A stretch of 59,881 nt of DNA, taken from Clostridia bacterium (lineage in GTDB: Bacteria > Bacillota > Clostridia > TANB77 > CAG-508). The stretch covers positions 1 to 59,881 of the forward strand of contig JAAVZW010000021.1 of NCBI GenBank assembly GCA_022791835.1, written 5' to 3'. Positions 31,769 through 41,989 of the stretch are shown piece by piece. The notes below the pieces were generated by a model that saw nothing but the letters and a program-made list of their open reading frames with translations, had not been told where the DNA came from and ran no database searches. The position numbers and the translations under genes are program-made. How positions within the stretch are numbered: position 1 is the first letter of the stretch; each line of letters begins with the position of its first letter.

Positions 31769-33397
31769 ATGGACGTTAAAAGAAGACAACCTATAGGAAT
31801 TGAATTAGTAAAAAGAGGAGTAGTATCAGAAGAACAAATTAGAACAGCTTTAGAATATCAAAAAGCACATCCAAGTGAAAAGCTAGGTGATATAATTCAT
31901 AAACTACATTTATGCGATGAAAGAGAATTATTAGCAGCAATAGGAGATATATTTGGCGAAAAAACAATGTTAATAAAACCACATGATATAAAAATAAAAA
32001 TGGACGAGTTTATTTCTCCTGATGTGTTAAGACAAAATAGTGCAGTCCTATTTGATGTTATTGATGGAAGAGCATTAGTGTGCTTTTCAGATACAGCAAA
32101 TAGAAGAGCAATAGATACAATAAGACTTTTATTACTAAATAGAGGACTTGTAATGGATAGATATATCACATTTAAGTCAAATATAGAAGAAGTTTTAAGT
32201 AGCATGTCTGGAAAAGTTACAGAAAGAATAGGAAATGCAAACGATGTAACATCACTAGTAGATAGTATAATAAAAACAGGAATGGAAAGAAGAGCGAGTG
32301 ATATACACTTTGAGCCAATGGAAGATAAACTTAGAATACGTTATAGAATAGACGGAGAATTATTCGAAGTTGCAGAAATTTCAAAAGAAAAACAAACACA
32401 ACTAATAGGAAGACTTAAAGCGATTTCTAACATGCATCAAGAAAAGCAAGAATCACAAGATGGTAGAATTACAATGTATTCAGACTATAATATCCGTGCA
32501 TCTTCACAAAAGAACGTATATGGCGAAAAATTCGTTCTAAGATTACTAAAGAAAAATGCAAACGTTAGAGAAATATTTGAATTAGGATTCCCTAGAGATG
32601 AAAAACTTGTAAAAGACAGTTTTGATAAGAAAAATAGTATTACAATAATGGCAGCACCTACTGGTGAAGGTAAAACAACATCTTTATACAGTATAGTACA
32701 ATACTTAAATAGACCAGAAATAAATATAACAACAATAGAAGATCCAGTAGAAATAAGAATACCAGGTCTAAACCAAATAGAAGTAGATGCAAAAACATCA
32801 TTTATAGATTCACTTAGAACAGTTTTAAGACAAGACCCAGACATAATACTTGTAGGAGAAATAAGAGATAAAGAAACTGCAGAAATAGCAATGCAAGCAG
32901 GACAAACTGGACACTATGTATTATCAACAATTCACACAATAGATGCTATAGAAGTAATAACAAGACTTAGAAAAATGGGTGTATCAAACTATGATATAGC
33001 AAGTACGGTTGCAACAACAGTTTCTCAAAGACTTGTTAGAAAACTTTGTAGACATTGTGCAAGAGAAAGAGATTTTACACCTCAAGAGCTTGAATTTATA
33101 CATTCTGTAGAAGAAAGAGATAAAGTAAAATTCAATTTAGAAGGTAAAAAGACTTATGACGCAATTGGATGTAAAGAATGTAATAATGTAGGTTATTTTG
33201 AAAGAATCGGTATTTTCGAAATATTAGTACTAGATGACAAAATAAGAGAAGCTATTACAAGTGATGCTTCAACTTTACAGATTAAAGAAAAGGCAATGGA
33301 AGGTGGATATAGACCTCTAATTGTAGATGGAATTGGTAAAGTATTAAGTGGCGAAACAAACCTAAATGAGTTAAACAGAAAATTACGTATATATTAA
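31769..33397 (+). CDS. pilB: type IV pilus assembly ATPase PilB (GspE family)
   Basis: 542 aa with Walker A [10 protein letters not shown], a GspE-type CxxC...CxxC cluster and Asp/His boxes. Confidence 0.85.
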   Translation: [542 protein letters not shown]

Positions 33398-33418
33398 TAA
33401 AAATTAGGAGGGGAAATA

Positions 33419-34526
33419 ATGGTTCAGATAGAAAGAATTTTAGAAGAAGCAATAAAAAGAGATGCTTCAGATATCCACTTAATACGTGGAAATAAACCTA
33501 TGCTTAGAATAATTAGAGACTTAGTACCAGTAAGAGATACAGATATTTTGACAGAAGAAGATATGAGTGAAGTGTATGACTACTTTATTAGAGGAAACAT
33601 AGAAAGAGATAAAGTCTTTGCAGAAACAAGAAAAATAGATATGTCATATGAATATGGAGAAACAAGACTAAGAGTTAATGTTTCACTTGAAAATGACATT
33701 CCAGTATTTACACTAAGAATTATAAAAAATACATTACCACCATATGAATCACTTGGAATTCCAGAAGTAGTAAAAACAGTTATAAACCAACCACAAGGAC
33801 TAGTTCTTGTTACTGGTAAAACTAACTCAGGTAAAACAACTACATTAAATGCATTGATAAACCAAATAAATGAAAACTCAAACAAGAAAATATTAACACT
33901 AGAAAACCCTGTTGAGTATAGACACAAGTCAAAACAATCAATAATAGTACAAAAAGAGATAGGTGCAGGAAAAGACTCTCCTTCTTTCAGTGATGGTGTT
34001 AAGAATTCACTTAGAGAAGACTGTGATATAGTAGTAATTCGGAGAAATTAGGGATAAGGAGACAATGGAGGCAGCAATAGAAACAGCAGAATCTGGACAT
34101 TTAGTAATTGGAACATTGCACACTAAATCTTGCGCAGAAACACTAGACAGAATGATAGACTTTTACGATGTAAGAGATCAAGCAAGTATTAAATATTTAA
34201 TTTCTTCACTACTAAAACTAGTTTTATCACAAAGATTAATAAAAGGTCAAGATGGTAGACTAGTTCTAATACCAGAAGTAATGGTTGTAGATAATGTTGT
34301 TTCAGGATTAATCAGAAAAGAGAAGCTTGGAACATCAGAGGTAGAAGATGCTATTCAAAGTGGTACAGAAAAAGGTAATATAAGCTTTATAAATTCACTT
34401 GCAAAACTATTTGTTGAAGAAAAAATCACATTAGAACAAGCTAAGTCTCAAATAGAAGAAAAGAATGTTGAAGTATTAAATAGAACAATAATGCAAATGA
34501 AAATAAAAAAAGACAGATTATTATAA
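33419..34526 (+). CDS. pilT: twitching-motility retraction ATPase PilT, one CGG shift site
   Basis: Pieces are 33419..34051 and 34065..34526. Walker A reads GKTNSGKTTT. The skipped C at 34040 restores [33 protein letters not shown]. Confidence 0.85.
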
Positions 34527-34551
34527 TTAGAATGAAGGAGGTAGATAGAAG

Positions 34552-35904
34552 ATGCCTATATATAGATACAGAGCTATGACTCCAAGTGGTATGATAGTTA
34601 GTAATACCATAGAGGAAAGTAGTAAATACCTAGCAATAAAGAAACTAAAGAGAAATAATTTGATACCAATAGATGTAGCTAAGTCTCTTCAAAGAACTAA
34701 ATCAAAAAGAACAGTTAGGAAAAATACAAGAGGAATTGATGAAGTATTAAAAGATGTTGATACAGCAAACCTTTTACTTAGTAGACAAAACACAAAGCAG
34801 TCATATTTCGATAAAGTTTATCATAGCATACTCAAGTCGGATAGAATAACTTCAAGAGATATTATAGTATTTACTCAAAACTTCTATTTATTAAAAAAGG
34901 CAAATTTTAATAATATTCATGCCTTAAACACAATAATAGAAAGTACAGACAATTTCAGTTTTAGAGGAGTTCTTGAAGATATTCTAGCGGGAGTAGAAGC
35001 CGGAGAAAATATGTATTCAACAATGGAATATTATGAAGATATTTTCCCATATCTTTATATAAACATGGTAAAGGTAGGAGAGTTATCAGGAAACCTTACA
35101 AGAGCACTAGAACAAGCACTTAAATTTCTAGAAGATAGTGAATCTATTAATAAAACGTTAAGAGGAATTTTAATTCCTAACTTGATACAATTTGCATTGT
35201 TATTTGTAATGTTAATAGTTGGTACACTTGTAGCATTACCAACAATCCAAGGATTATATGAAAGTATGGGTTCACAAGAGGAACTGCCTGCAATAAGCCA
35301 GTGGTTCTCTGGAGTAATTGACTGGATACTGACGTATTGGTATATACCAACTGCCTTTATTGGTGGAATAATAGCCTTGATTACTTGGTATATAAATACT
35401 CCAAAAGGGAAATACAATTTTCACTATTTTAAATATACAATGCCAATATTTGGACAATTAGTTTTCGCAATAGATTTCTCAAGAGTAATGAGAGCGATGT
35501 TGCTTAACTTAAATAACGGAATGAGAATACAAGAAGCATTAGAAGTAGGTAAAAACGTATCAAAGAACTTAGTTATGCTTTCTATAATGGAAGCATCAAT
35601 AAATAACATCTTAATCGGACAATCATGGATAGAACCATTTGAAAGGTCAAAACTTGCAACTCCAATGATGACAGAGATGTTAAAGATAGGTATGAATACA
35701 GACTTAGCACAAATGATGGAAAAACTAGTAGAATATATGGATATAGATATAAACAACTTGTTAGATAAAACAATAAAAGTGCTACCACAATTAGTATATG
35801 CAATAGTAGGTGTATTGTTAATATTCTTCGTACTAGTAGTACTAGTTCCATGTATAAATGTATACATGGGAGGCTGGATGATATCAGCATATGGATTAGG
35901 CTAG
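34552..35904 (+). CDS. pilC: type IV pilus platform protein PilC (GspF family)
   Basis: 450 aa with duplicated GspF-type domains and three TM regions. Confidence 0.8.
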   Translation: MPIYRYRAMTPSGMIVSNTIEESSKYLAIKKLKRNNLIPIDVAKSLQRTKSKRTVRKNTRGIDEVLKDVDTANLLLSRQNTKQSYFDKVYHSILKSDRITSRDIIVFTQNFYLLKKANFNNIHALNTIIESTDNFSFRGVLEDILAGVEAGENMYSTMEYYEDIFPYLYINMVKVGELSGNLTRALEQALKFLEDSESINKTLRGILIPNLIQFALLFVMLIVGTLVALPTIQGLYESMGSQEELPAISQWFSGVIDWILTYWYIPTAFIGGIIALITWYINTPKGKYNFHYFKYTMPIFGQLVFAIDFSRVMRAMLLNLNNGMRIQEALEVGKNVSKNLVMLSIMEASINNILIGQSWIEPFERSKLATPMMTEMLKIGMNTDLAQMMEKLVEYMDIDINNLLDKTIKVLPQLVYAIVGVLLIFFVLVVLVPCINVYMGGWMISAYGLG

Positions 35905-35924
35905 AAAGAAGAAGAAATCTAAAA

Positions 35925-35980
35925 GTCTTGCCCTAAAGTATATGGACGACATTAAGTCGTCCACTACTTTAAAGGCAAGG
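35925..35980. terminator. bidirectional terminator between convergent pilC and cotJC
   Basis: Nested hairpin with GGACGAC/GTCGTCC inside CTTGCCCTAAAGTA/TACTTTAAAGGCAAG, flanked by A/T runs. Confidence 0.5.
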
Positions 35981-35988
35981 CTAAAATT

Positions 35989-36489
35989 TTATCTACCACA
36001 ACCACAGTTATTGTTATATGCATTCATCATAGTATTTGTTTGGCTCATATTTGGGGTCATAGGGTTATTATTTACAAAGATAGGATTATCATTATTCATA
36101 TAGAATTTTTTTGCTCCTAATCTATCTTGAACGCCACGAAGTGCCTCTCCAAATCTTTGGAAGTGAACAACTTCTCTTTCTCTTAAGAACTTAAGAGGAT
36201 CAACTACATCTGGATAATCTCTACAAAGGTCTATAAGCTTTTCATAAGTTGCACGTGCCTTTTGTTCTGCTGCTAGGTCTTCTTGAAGGTCAGCAATTGG
36301 ATCACCTTTAACTGCAATATATGATGCTGTAAATGGCATACCACTTGCTGCTTGAGGATATACTCCAAGACCATGATCAGTATAATAAGGTGCAAGACCA
36401 CCTCTTTCAACTTCTTCAATAGTAGCATTTCTAGTAAGTTGGTGTACAATAGTTCCAACAATTTCAAGATGTGCAAGTTCTTCTGTTCC
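35989..36489 (-). CDS. cotJC: cotJC 3' segment (Mn-catalase-like spore coat protein), cut off from its 5' segment by an inserted element
   Basis: The frame of ORF 35989..36339 stays open upstream to 36498. It reads GTEELAHLEIVGTIVHQLTRNATIEEVERGGLAPYYTDHGLGVYPQAASGMPFTASYIAVKGDP..., with no start codon or RBS. It continues the 5' segment at 44011..44206. Confidence 0.85.
   Translation of the reverse strand, partial: GTEELAHLEIVGTIVHQLTRNATIEEVERGGLAPYYTDHGLGVYPQAASGMPFTASYIAVKGDPIADLQEDLAAEQKARATYEKLIDLCRDYPDVVDPLKFLREREVVHFQRFGEALRGVQDRLGAKKFYMNNDNPIFVNNNPMTPNMSQTNTMMNAYNNNCGCGR
36478..36489. other. attL core (TTCTTCTGTTCC) shared with attR
   Basis: The identical 12-mer occurs at 44011-44022. 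The adjacent TGATGTTGTCAAT is inverted relative to ATTGACAACATCA at 43989-44001. Confidence 0.6.
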
Positions 36490-36498
36490 ATGATGTTG

Positions 36499-37044
36499 TC
36501 AATTACTAATTTTCAAACTATCTTCAAATTCTTCCCAAGATTTACTAAATTTGTGATTGGCAAACATTTCTTTTAAACCAGTAATTTGTTTTAGACGTAT
36601 GATTTCGTCTAGTTCCATTCCTAGATGTTTAGATATTGTTTCTTCAGACCAGCCATTTTGTGTTAGAGTTAAAACAATGTGTGACATATCAATAATTTGA
36701 TGAGTTCCTCTAGCTCGATTGTGTCTAATAGTACTTGCCATACGATTTTCTAAATCTTTATCTATCGTAACAATTGGTATTTGTTTTAAGTGAAAATATT
36801 CTTTAGCACATCTATATCTATGAAAGCCGTCTACTACTATATAGATATCATTTTCCTTATCATAATAAGTTACTATTGGTTGAGTGTAACCATCTTCTTC
36901 AATAGAATGTTTTAATAATTCCATTTCTGGAGGAGCTACTTTGTTTGGGTTATAATCGTTTGCAATTACCTTATCAATATCTACCATTTTTACATTTAAT
37001 ACTGGAAATTCTATTTCATTCATTTTTAAATTTATTCCTTTCAA
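36499..37044 (-). CDS. ParB-like nuclease domain protein (IbrB-like)
   Basis: 181 aa with ParB N-terminal-domain motifs (IVVDGFHRYR, TIRHNRARG). Confidence 0.65.
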   Translation of the reverse strand: MKGINLKMNEIEFPVLNVKMVDIDKVIANDYNPNKVAPPEMELLKHSIEEDGYTQPIVTYYDKENDIYIVVDGFHRYRCAKEYFHLKQIPIVTIDKDLENRMASTIRHNRARGTHQIIDMSHIVLTLTQNGWSEETISKHLGMELDEIIRLKQITGLKEMFANHKFSKSWEEFEDSLKISN

Positions 37045-37046
37045 TA

Positions 37047-37424
37047 TTAGTCCATATAAATTGTTACAAAATTTTTGTGATTTTGGCTATTACTAACTTT
37101 GAATCCACATTTTTCATAGACTTCTATGTAGCAATTTGTAACAATACTATAAGTAATTTTTTTTTCTTTTTTAATTACATTTAAAATATCTTCTAAATAT
37201 TTTAAATTAGTAGCATAAATATTTTTAATCACATTTTTATTTGTAGATACAAATGCTTTTACAGCATTTTCTTCTAAATAAATATACCATTCTTTATTGT
37301 TATCATCATAAATTCTATCATTAACTTGTTTTTCTACTAATCTTGAACCAAAATATTTTCCCATATAATGATAAAAGTTTTTTTCCTTATTTGTTGTTTT
37401 AACAATCATGATAAATTCCTCCAT
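37047..37424 (-). CDS. small hypothetical protein (possibly GNAT-like fold)
   Basis: 125 aa ORF packed tightly between the ParB-like and PAPS-reductase-like genes. The C-terminal YEKCGF motif resembles acetyltransferases only weakly. Confidence 0.35.
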   Translation of the reverse strand: MEEFIMIVKTTNKEKNFYHYMGKYFGSRLVEKQVNDRIYDDNNKEWYIYLEENAVKAFVSTNKNVIKNIYATNLKYLEDILNVIKKEKKITYSIVTNCYIEVYEKCGFKVSNSQNHKNFVTIYMD

Positions 37425-37426
37425 TA

Positions 37427-38714
37427 TTAAAAATTTTCTTGTATTATTTTTTGCAATTTTATATCATCAGTGATAGTGTTTTTATTTAACAAGTTGTCCC
37501 ATTTATGTATTAATTCCATTAATATTCTATCATCATTTTTGGTTTGAGCAAATGACAATCTCCTTAAATAAAAATCATTTTTTTCTATTGCCCTTGCTAT
37601 TCTTCTCCAAGATATAGCCTTTTTTTGGCTTTCAAGTTTGGGTTCAGCCGTATCTGGAATATCTTTTTCCATAATTCCATATTTTAGCTGATACCAAATC
37701 ATAAATTTTTTTATTTTTCTATAATAATGTAGCATTAAATCTCTATTATAAATTCCAATACTTTCTAGCAAGAATACAGTATACTCATGCCAAGACATAA
37801 ACATAGGTTTACAGGACTTAATATTTCCAAGGGCTGTTGTTTTGCAATAAATATTTCCGAAATTAACTCCGATTAACTCTGTTTAAAACTTTACTCCAAG
37901 TGTCATATTCTAAAGCTCTAAATTGATTTAAGCCATTTCTTTGGTCATCTCCATAAGGTTGGCAGAGTCTTTGCTCATGAAGACTTAATCCGTTTTTGTA
38001 CATTAATTCATAAATATAATTAAATTTTAAATCTAGTCTACTTACTGCTGTCCAAATATCTTCAACTGTCCAATCATAAATTGGGTAAAAATTATAAACA
38101 TCAATATGTTTGTCGCCAATTTTTAATTTAGTTGTCCAATTATATTTTTCAAATGTAACTTTTCTATTTTGAAAAGCAATTGTTCTAAACCTATTTAAGC
38201 TTTCATTTGCTCTAATTCCTATTCCGCATGCGACTTTTCCCTGATATTTTTTTTGATACCAATTAGCAAATTGAATAATAAATTCCTCAAACTCTTCGCC
38301 TTTTTTGAACCATGTGAATGGGCAATTATTTATATTAATACTATCTTTAGGCATATCTTTTACCCATAAATGCTTACTTTCTTCTTCCCAACAAATCCAT
38401 TTTGGCTGTAATACTGATACTGCATTTCTTAGAGCAAGAGGGAGTGCTATATGGTAAAAATCTCTTATTTGTGATAATTGCTTAAGTTCATTTATATGTC
38501 GGATTGTATAAGTATATTGCGCTTCTAAATCAATAAATAATACATCAAACTTTTTATTTAGTTTTTGAGCTATTCTATTTGCAAGTTGTACCATAACAGA
38601 ACTATCTTTTCCACCACTAACGCTAAAATAGACATTATCAAAATTTTGAAAAATAATTTCTAACCTTTCGTTTGTTGCATCTAAAACATTTTTACTAAGA
38701 TATTTTTTTGACAT
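37427..38714 (-). CDS. PAPS-reductase-like PP-loop protein with DUF3440-like C-terminal domain (IbrA-like), one CGG shift site
   Basis: Pieces are 37863..38714 and 37427..37804. PP-loop reads SVSGGKDS. In-frame CGG at 37871..37869. Skipping the C reads ...LNRVNGVNFGNIYCKTTALGNIKSCKPMFMSWHEYTVFLLE... and fuses the two ORFs in frame. Confidence 0.7.
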
Positions 38715-38844
38715 AGGTTTTCCTCTTTTCCTAATTCAAATTGTATCACTTGTAATATTTTTTGTAAAGTTATGTCGAAAAAGTAGGATATAAATAAGTA
38801 TTTAAGTTCTGTTTTTTCTCATAAATTTTAAAGAGGCGATTTAT

Positions 38845-38991
38845 ATGGAGGTAGAAGAATATATATTAGAAAAAACTAAGATAAAAATTTATGATGATTA
38901 TATTGTGAAAGATGTTAAGAATCAAAAAGAATATATGGATAACCTTGCAATTAATTTGAAAAGAAAATGTAGGGGAGAAGAGAAAACTTGA
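38845..38991 (+). CDS. 48-aa ORF overlapping the recombinase start (candidate excision accessory factor)
   Basis: MEVEEYILEKTKIKIYDDY.... Its first codons and 20-nt upstream region recur at 42695-42730 in the degraded element. It is below the ORF-track size cutoff. Confidence 0.3.
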   Translation: MEVEEYILEKTKIKIYDDYIVKDVKNQKEYMDNLAINLKRKCRGEEKT

Positions 38992-40547
38992 AAAATGATA
39001 TATATGCGATATATTTAAGAAAATCCAGAGAAGATATAGAAACTGAAAAATATGGAGAAGGGGATACACTAGCAAGGCATGAAAAAATTTTAAAAAATTT
39101 GGCATCTATGAGAAAATTAGAAATTGGTAAAATTTATCGAGAAGTAGTAAGTGGAGAAACAATCAGTGAGAGAAAAGAAATGCAAAAACTTTTAGAAGAT
39201 GTAGAAAACGAAACGTGGACTGGCGTTTTAGTTATAGAAGTAGAAAGACTTGCTCGTGGAGATACTGCGGACCAAGGCAAGGTATCAAAAGCATTTAAAT
39301 ATTCGCATACAAAAATTATTACTCCCACTAAAACTTATGATCCAGATAATGAATTTGATGAAGAATACTTTGAGTTTGGTCTATTTATGTCTAGGAGAGA
39401 ATATAAAACTATTAATAGACGTATGCAAAAGGGAAGAGAGATATCTGTTTCAGAAGGTAAATTTGTTGGGAATATTGCTCCATTTGGTTATGATAGAATA
39501 AAGCTAACAAATAGCAAAGGCTATAGCTTATCTATAAACGAATATGAAGCATATATTGTTAAAGAAATTTTTAGATTATATACTTTTGAAAATGCTACTA
39601 TAAATTCAGTAACCAAAAAGTTAAATAATATGAATTTAAAACCAAGAAATTCTGAAGAATGGAAAAGTTCTTCCATAAAAGATATTTTATCTAATCCTAC
39701 ATATATTGGAAAGATAGTTTGGAATAGAAGAAAACAGATAAAGAAGAGTAAAAATGGACAGATTATAGTTAGTAGACCTCGTAACCAAGATTATTTAATA
39801 TATGATGGATTACATGATCCAATTATAAATAATGAAATTTGGAATTTGGCTCAAGAAAAGCGAAAACAAAATGCACCAAAAGTAAAAAATAATTCTAGTA
39901 TAAAAAATCCATTAGCAGGATTAATATTTTGTGAAAAATGTGGCAAACCAATGCAAAGAAGACCATATAATAAAGAAAATAAATCAGATACACTTATATG
40001 TTCAAATGCAAAATGTAATAATATAAGTTCTAAACTTTGTATTGTAGAAGACAAAATTATAGAAAGCTTAAAAATATGGTTTAAAAATTATAAAATAAAT
40101 TATGCTGACGAAAATAATTTGAATATTAATTCTAATGAAGCAATAAAAAATACTATTTTATTTATGAAAGAAGAAATAAAAAAAGAGAACAATAGACTTG
40201 ATAGAATTTATAATTTTTTAGAAAACGAAATTTATAGCAAAGAAGAATTTATCAAACGTTCTCAAGTTATTAAAGATAATATTAAAAACTTAGAAAACAA
40301 ATTAAAAGAATATAATTATTTATTAAGAAAAAATGCTAAAACAGAAAATAATAAAAATGATAAATTATATAAAATAGAAAATATTATTGATTTATATAAT
40401 AAACTAGAAATGGCAGAAGATAAAAATATATTACTAAAAAATATCCTTGCCAAAGTTACATATTTAAAAACAAAAAAAGCAATAAAAAAAGATTCTGACC
40501 CAACAGATTTTGAATTACATATATATCCAAAGATACCTAAAATGTAA
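38988..40547 (+). CDS. large serine recombinase (SpoIVCA/phage-integrase type)
   Basis: 519 aa with a TTG start. The catalytic region reads AIYLRKSRED...VIEVERLARG. A recombinase domain, a Cys-rich zinc ribbon (CEKCGKPM...CSNAKCNN) and a coiled-coil tail follow. Confidence 0.85.
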   Translation: MKNDIYAIYLRKSREDIETEKYGEGDTLARHEKILKNLASMRKLEIGKIYREVVSGETISERKEMQKLLEDVENETWTGVLVIEVERLARGDTADQGKVSKAFKYSHTKIITPTKTYDPDNEFDEEYFEFGLFMSRREYKTINRRMQKGREISVSEGKFVGNIAPFGYDRIKLTNSKGYSLSINEYEAYIVKEIFRLYTFENATINSVTKKLNNMNLKPRNSEEWKSSSIKDILSNPTYIGKIVWNRRKQIKKSKNGQIIVSRPRNQDYLIYDGLHDPIINNEIWNLAQEKRKQNAPKVKNNSSIKNPLAGLIFCEKCGKPMQRRPYNKENKSDTLICSNAKCNNISSKLCIVEDKIIESLKIWFKNYKINYADENNLNINSNEAIKNTILFMKEEIKKENNRLDRIYNFLENEIYSKEEFIKRSQVIKDNIKNLENKLKEYNYLLRKNAKTENNKNDKLYKIENIIDLYNKLEMAEDKNILLKNILAKVTYLKTKKAIKKDSDPTDFELHIYPKIPKM

Positions 40548-40637
40548 TCATCGAATTTGCCTAAAAATATAATAATTATACAGAGTCTATAATATAAAAG
40601 AATTAAAAAAGAGAATATTTATATATATGAGGTTAAA

Positions 40638-40775
40638 ATGTTAAATGAAGATAATTATATAATTGAAAATGAAACAACAGACAGACATAAGAAGGAAGAA
40701 TATTGGCATACTGGTATTGGTTTAAATTTAGATAATGATAAATTAATTGTTAAAGAATTATTTGAAAACAAATAG
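40638..40775 (+). CDS. 45-aa ORF downstream of the recombinase
   Basis: GAGG RBS, ATG at 40638, MLNEDNYIIENETTDRHKKEEYWHTGIGL.... No family was recognised. Confidence 0.2.
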   Translation: MLNEDNYIIENETTDRHKKEEYWHTGIGLNLDNDKLIVKELFENK

Positions 40776-40790
40776 TAATTAAATATTACT

Positions 40791-40914
40791 TTAATATTTT
40801 ACAGTCAATAGCTAATTGTAAATAGTGTATTTAGCTATTGACAACATCAAGGAACTCATTCTTTGGTTCCGTGAGGATGTCATTCAAAAATATTTAATGC
40901 TATTGACTGTAAAA
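40791..40914. other. att-like palindromic junction between the two tandem elements
   Basis: TTTTACAGTCAATAGC (40797-40812) and GCTATTGACTGTAAAA (40899-40914) are inverted arms around the core TTCTTTGGTTCC (40859-40870). The left half is identical to the attR left arm. Confidence 0.55.
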
Positions 40915-40966
40915 TTCAAATCAGTTCACTTGGTGAACTAAAGTACACTAAGTGAACTTGCTAATT

Positions 40967-41989
40967 TTATTTATTATTGCTTTCATTTAAATATTTTTGA
41001 TACATCTCATCCATACTAGAAATATATTGCGTATCTTGTTTTATTTTGAATTTTTCATATTCATTTTCAGCTTTTTCTATTGCCTCTTTATGTGATATTG
41101 AACCTGCATTATCTAAAACTTTCTTTCTCCTAAATTTTAATAAATCATCTGTTGCATCAATCCAATTTTGCATTGTCATTACATGTCTTTCTTTTGCTTC
41201 ATCTTCTGCAAATACTATAAAGAAATTAGTTAAATCATTTAATTTTTTCAATTCTTCTTCATTTAAATAATTTTTAGCTATTGTTACATCATATTTATAT
41301 ATTAAACCATCTGGACTGTTTTTCCAGTTTGTAAGTCCCATATGTTCTTTATTTGAATCCACTCTATTATAAATAAGTTCTGCTGCTGTATGTCCAGAAA
41401 TAGCATAATGTAATTTATTTTGAACTATTTTAAAAAATGTATATGCTTCTTCTGAATTTGGATTATAGTCAACAGCTGTTGCTATAAATAAATCTGTTAT
41501 TTTCTGATAAGCCATTCTTTCACTTGTACGAATAGTTTTTATTCTTTCTAATAACTCATCAAAATATTTTGCATTTACTTTGCCACCCTTTAAAAATCTA
41601 TTATCATCTAATGTAAATCCTTTTATTATATATTCTTTTATTAATTTATTTGCCCAAGTTCTAAATTTAATTGCTTTTTTGGAATTTACTCTAAAACCTA
41701 TAGAAATAATCATATCTAAGTTATAATATTTGGTTTCATATAGTTGCTTTCCTGAATTGCCCATATGTTCCATTTTGGAACATGTGCTTTCTTCTTCTAG
41801 TTCATTTTCATTATATATATTATTTATATGTTTAGTAATAGCTGGTCTTTGCACATCAAATAATTTTGCTATTGCATTTACATTTAGCCATACATCTTCA
41901 TTTTGTAATACTACTTCTACTTTTGTGTTTCCTTCTTCATCCGTATAAAATACAATATTATTTTCATTTCCAATTAGTTTGTTATCCAT
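40967..41989 (-). CDS. RhuM-family protein
   Basis: The ORF runs 40967..42031. The likely start is MDNKLIG at 41989, after a GAGG RBS. RhuM-like N-terminal region: NIVFYTDEEGNTKVEV..DVWLN..AIAKLF...ISIGFRVNSKKAIKFRTWA. Confidence 0.65.
   Translation of the reverse strand: MDNKLIGNENNIVFYTDEEGNTKVEVVLQNEDVWLNVNAIAKLFDVQRPAITKHINNIYNENELEEESTCSKMEHMGNSGKQLYETKYYNLDMIISIGFRVNSKKAIKFRTWANKLIKEYIIKGFTLDDNRFLKGGKVNAKYFDELLERIKTIRTSERMAYQKITDLFIATAVDYNPNSEEAYTFFKIVQNKLHYAISGHTAAELIYNRVDSNKEHMGLTNWKNSPDGLIYKYDVTIAKNYLNEEELKKLNDLTNFFIVFAEDEAKERHVMTMQNWIDATDDLLKFRRKKVLDNAGSISHKEAIEKAENEYEKFKIKQDTQYISSMDEMYQKYLNESNNK

Noticed and set aside
36273-36491. 72-aa minus-strand ORF next to the cotJC fragment.
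   Set aside because: It is in the wrong frame. The true cotJC frame is open through this region and reads GTEELAHLEIVGT..., continuous with 35989..36339.
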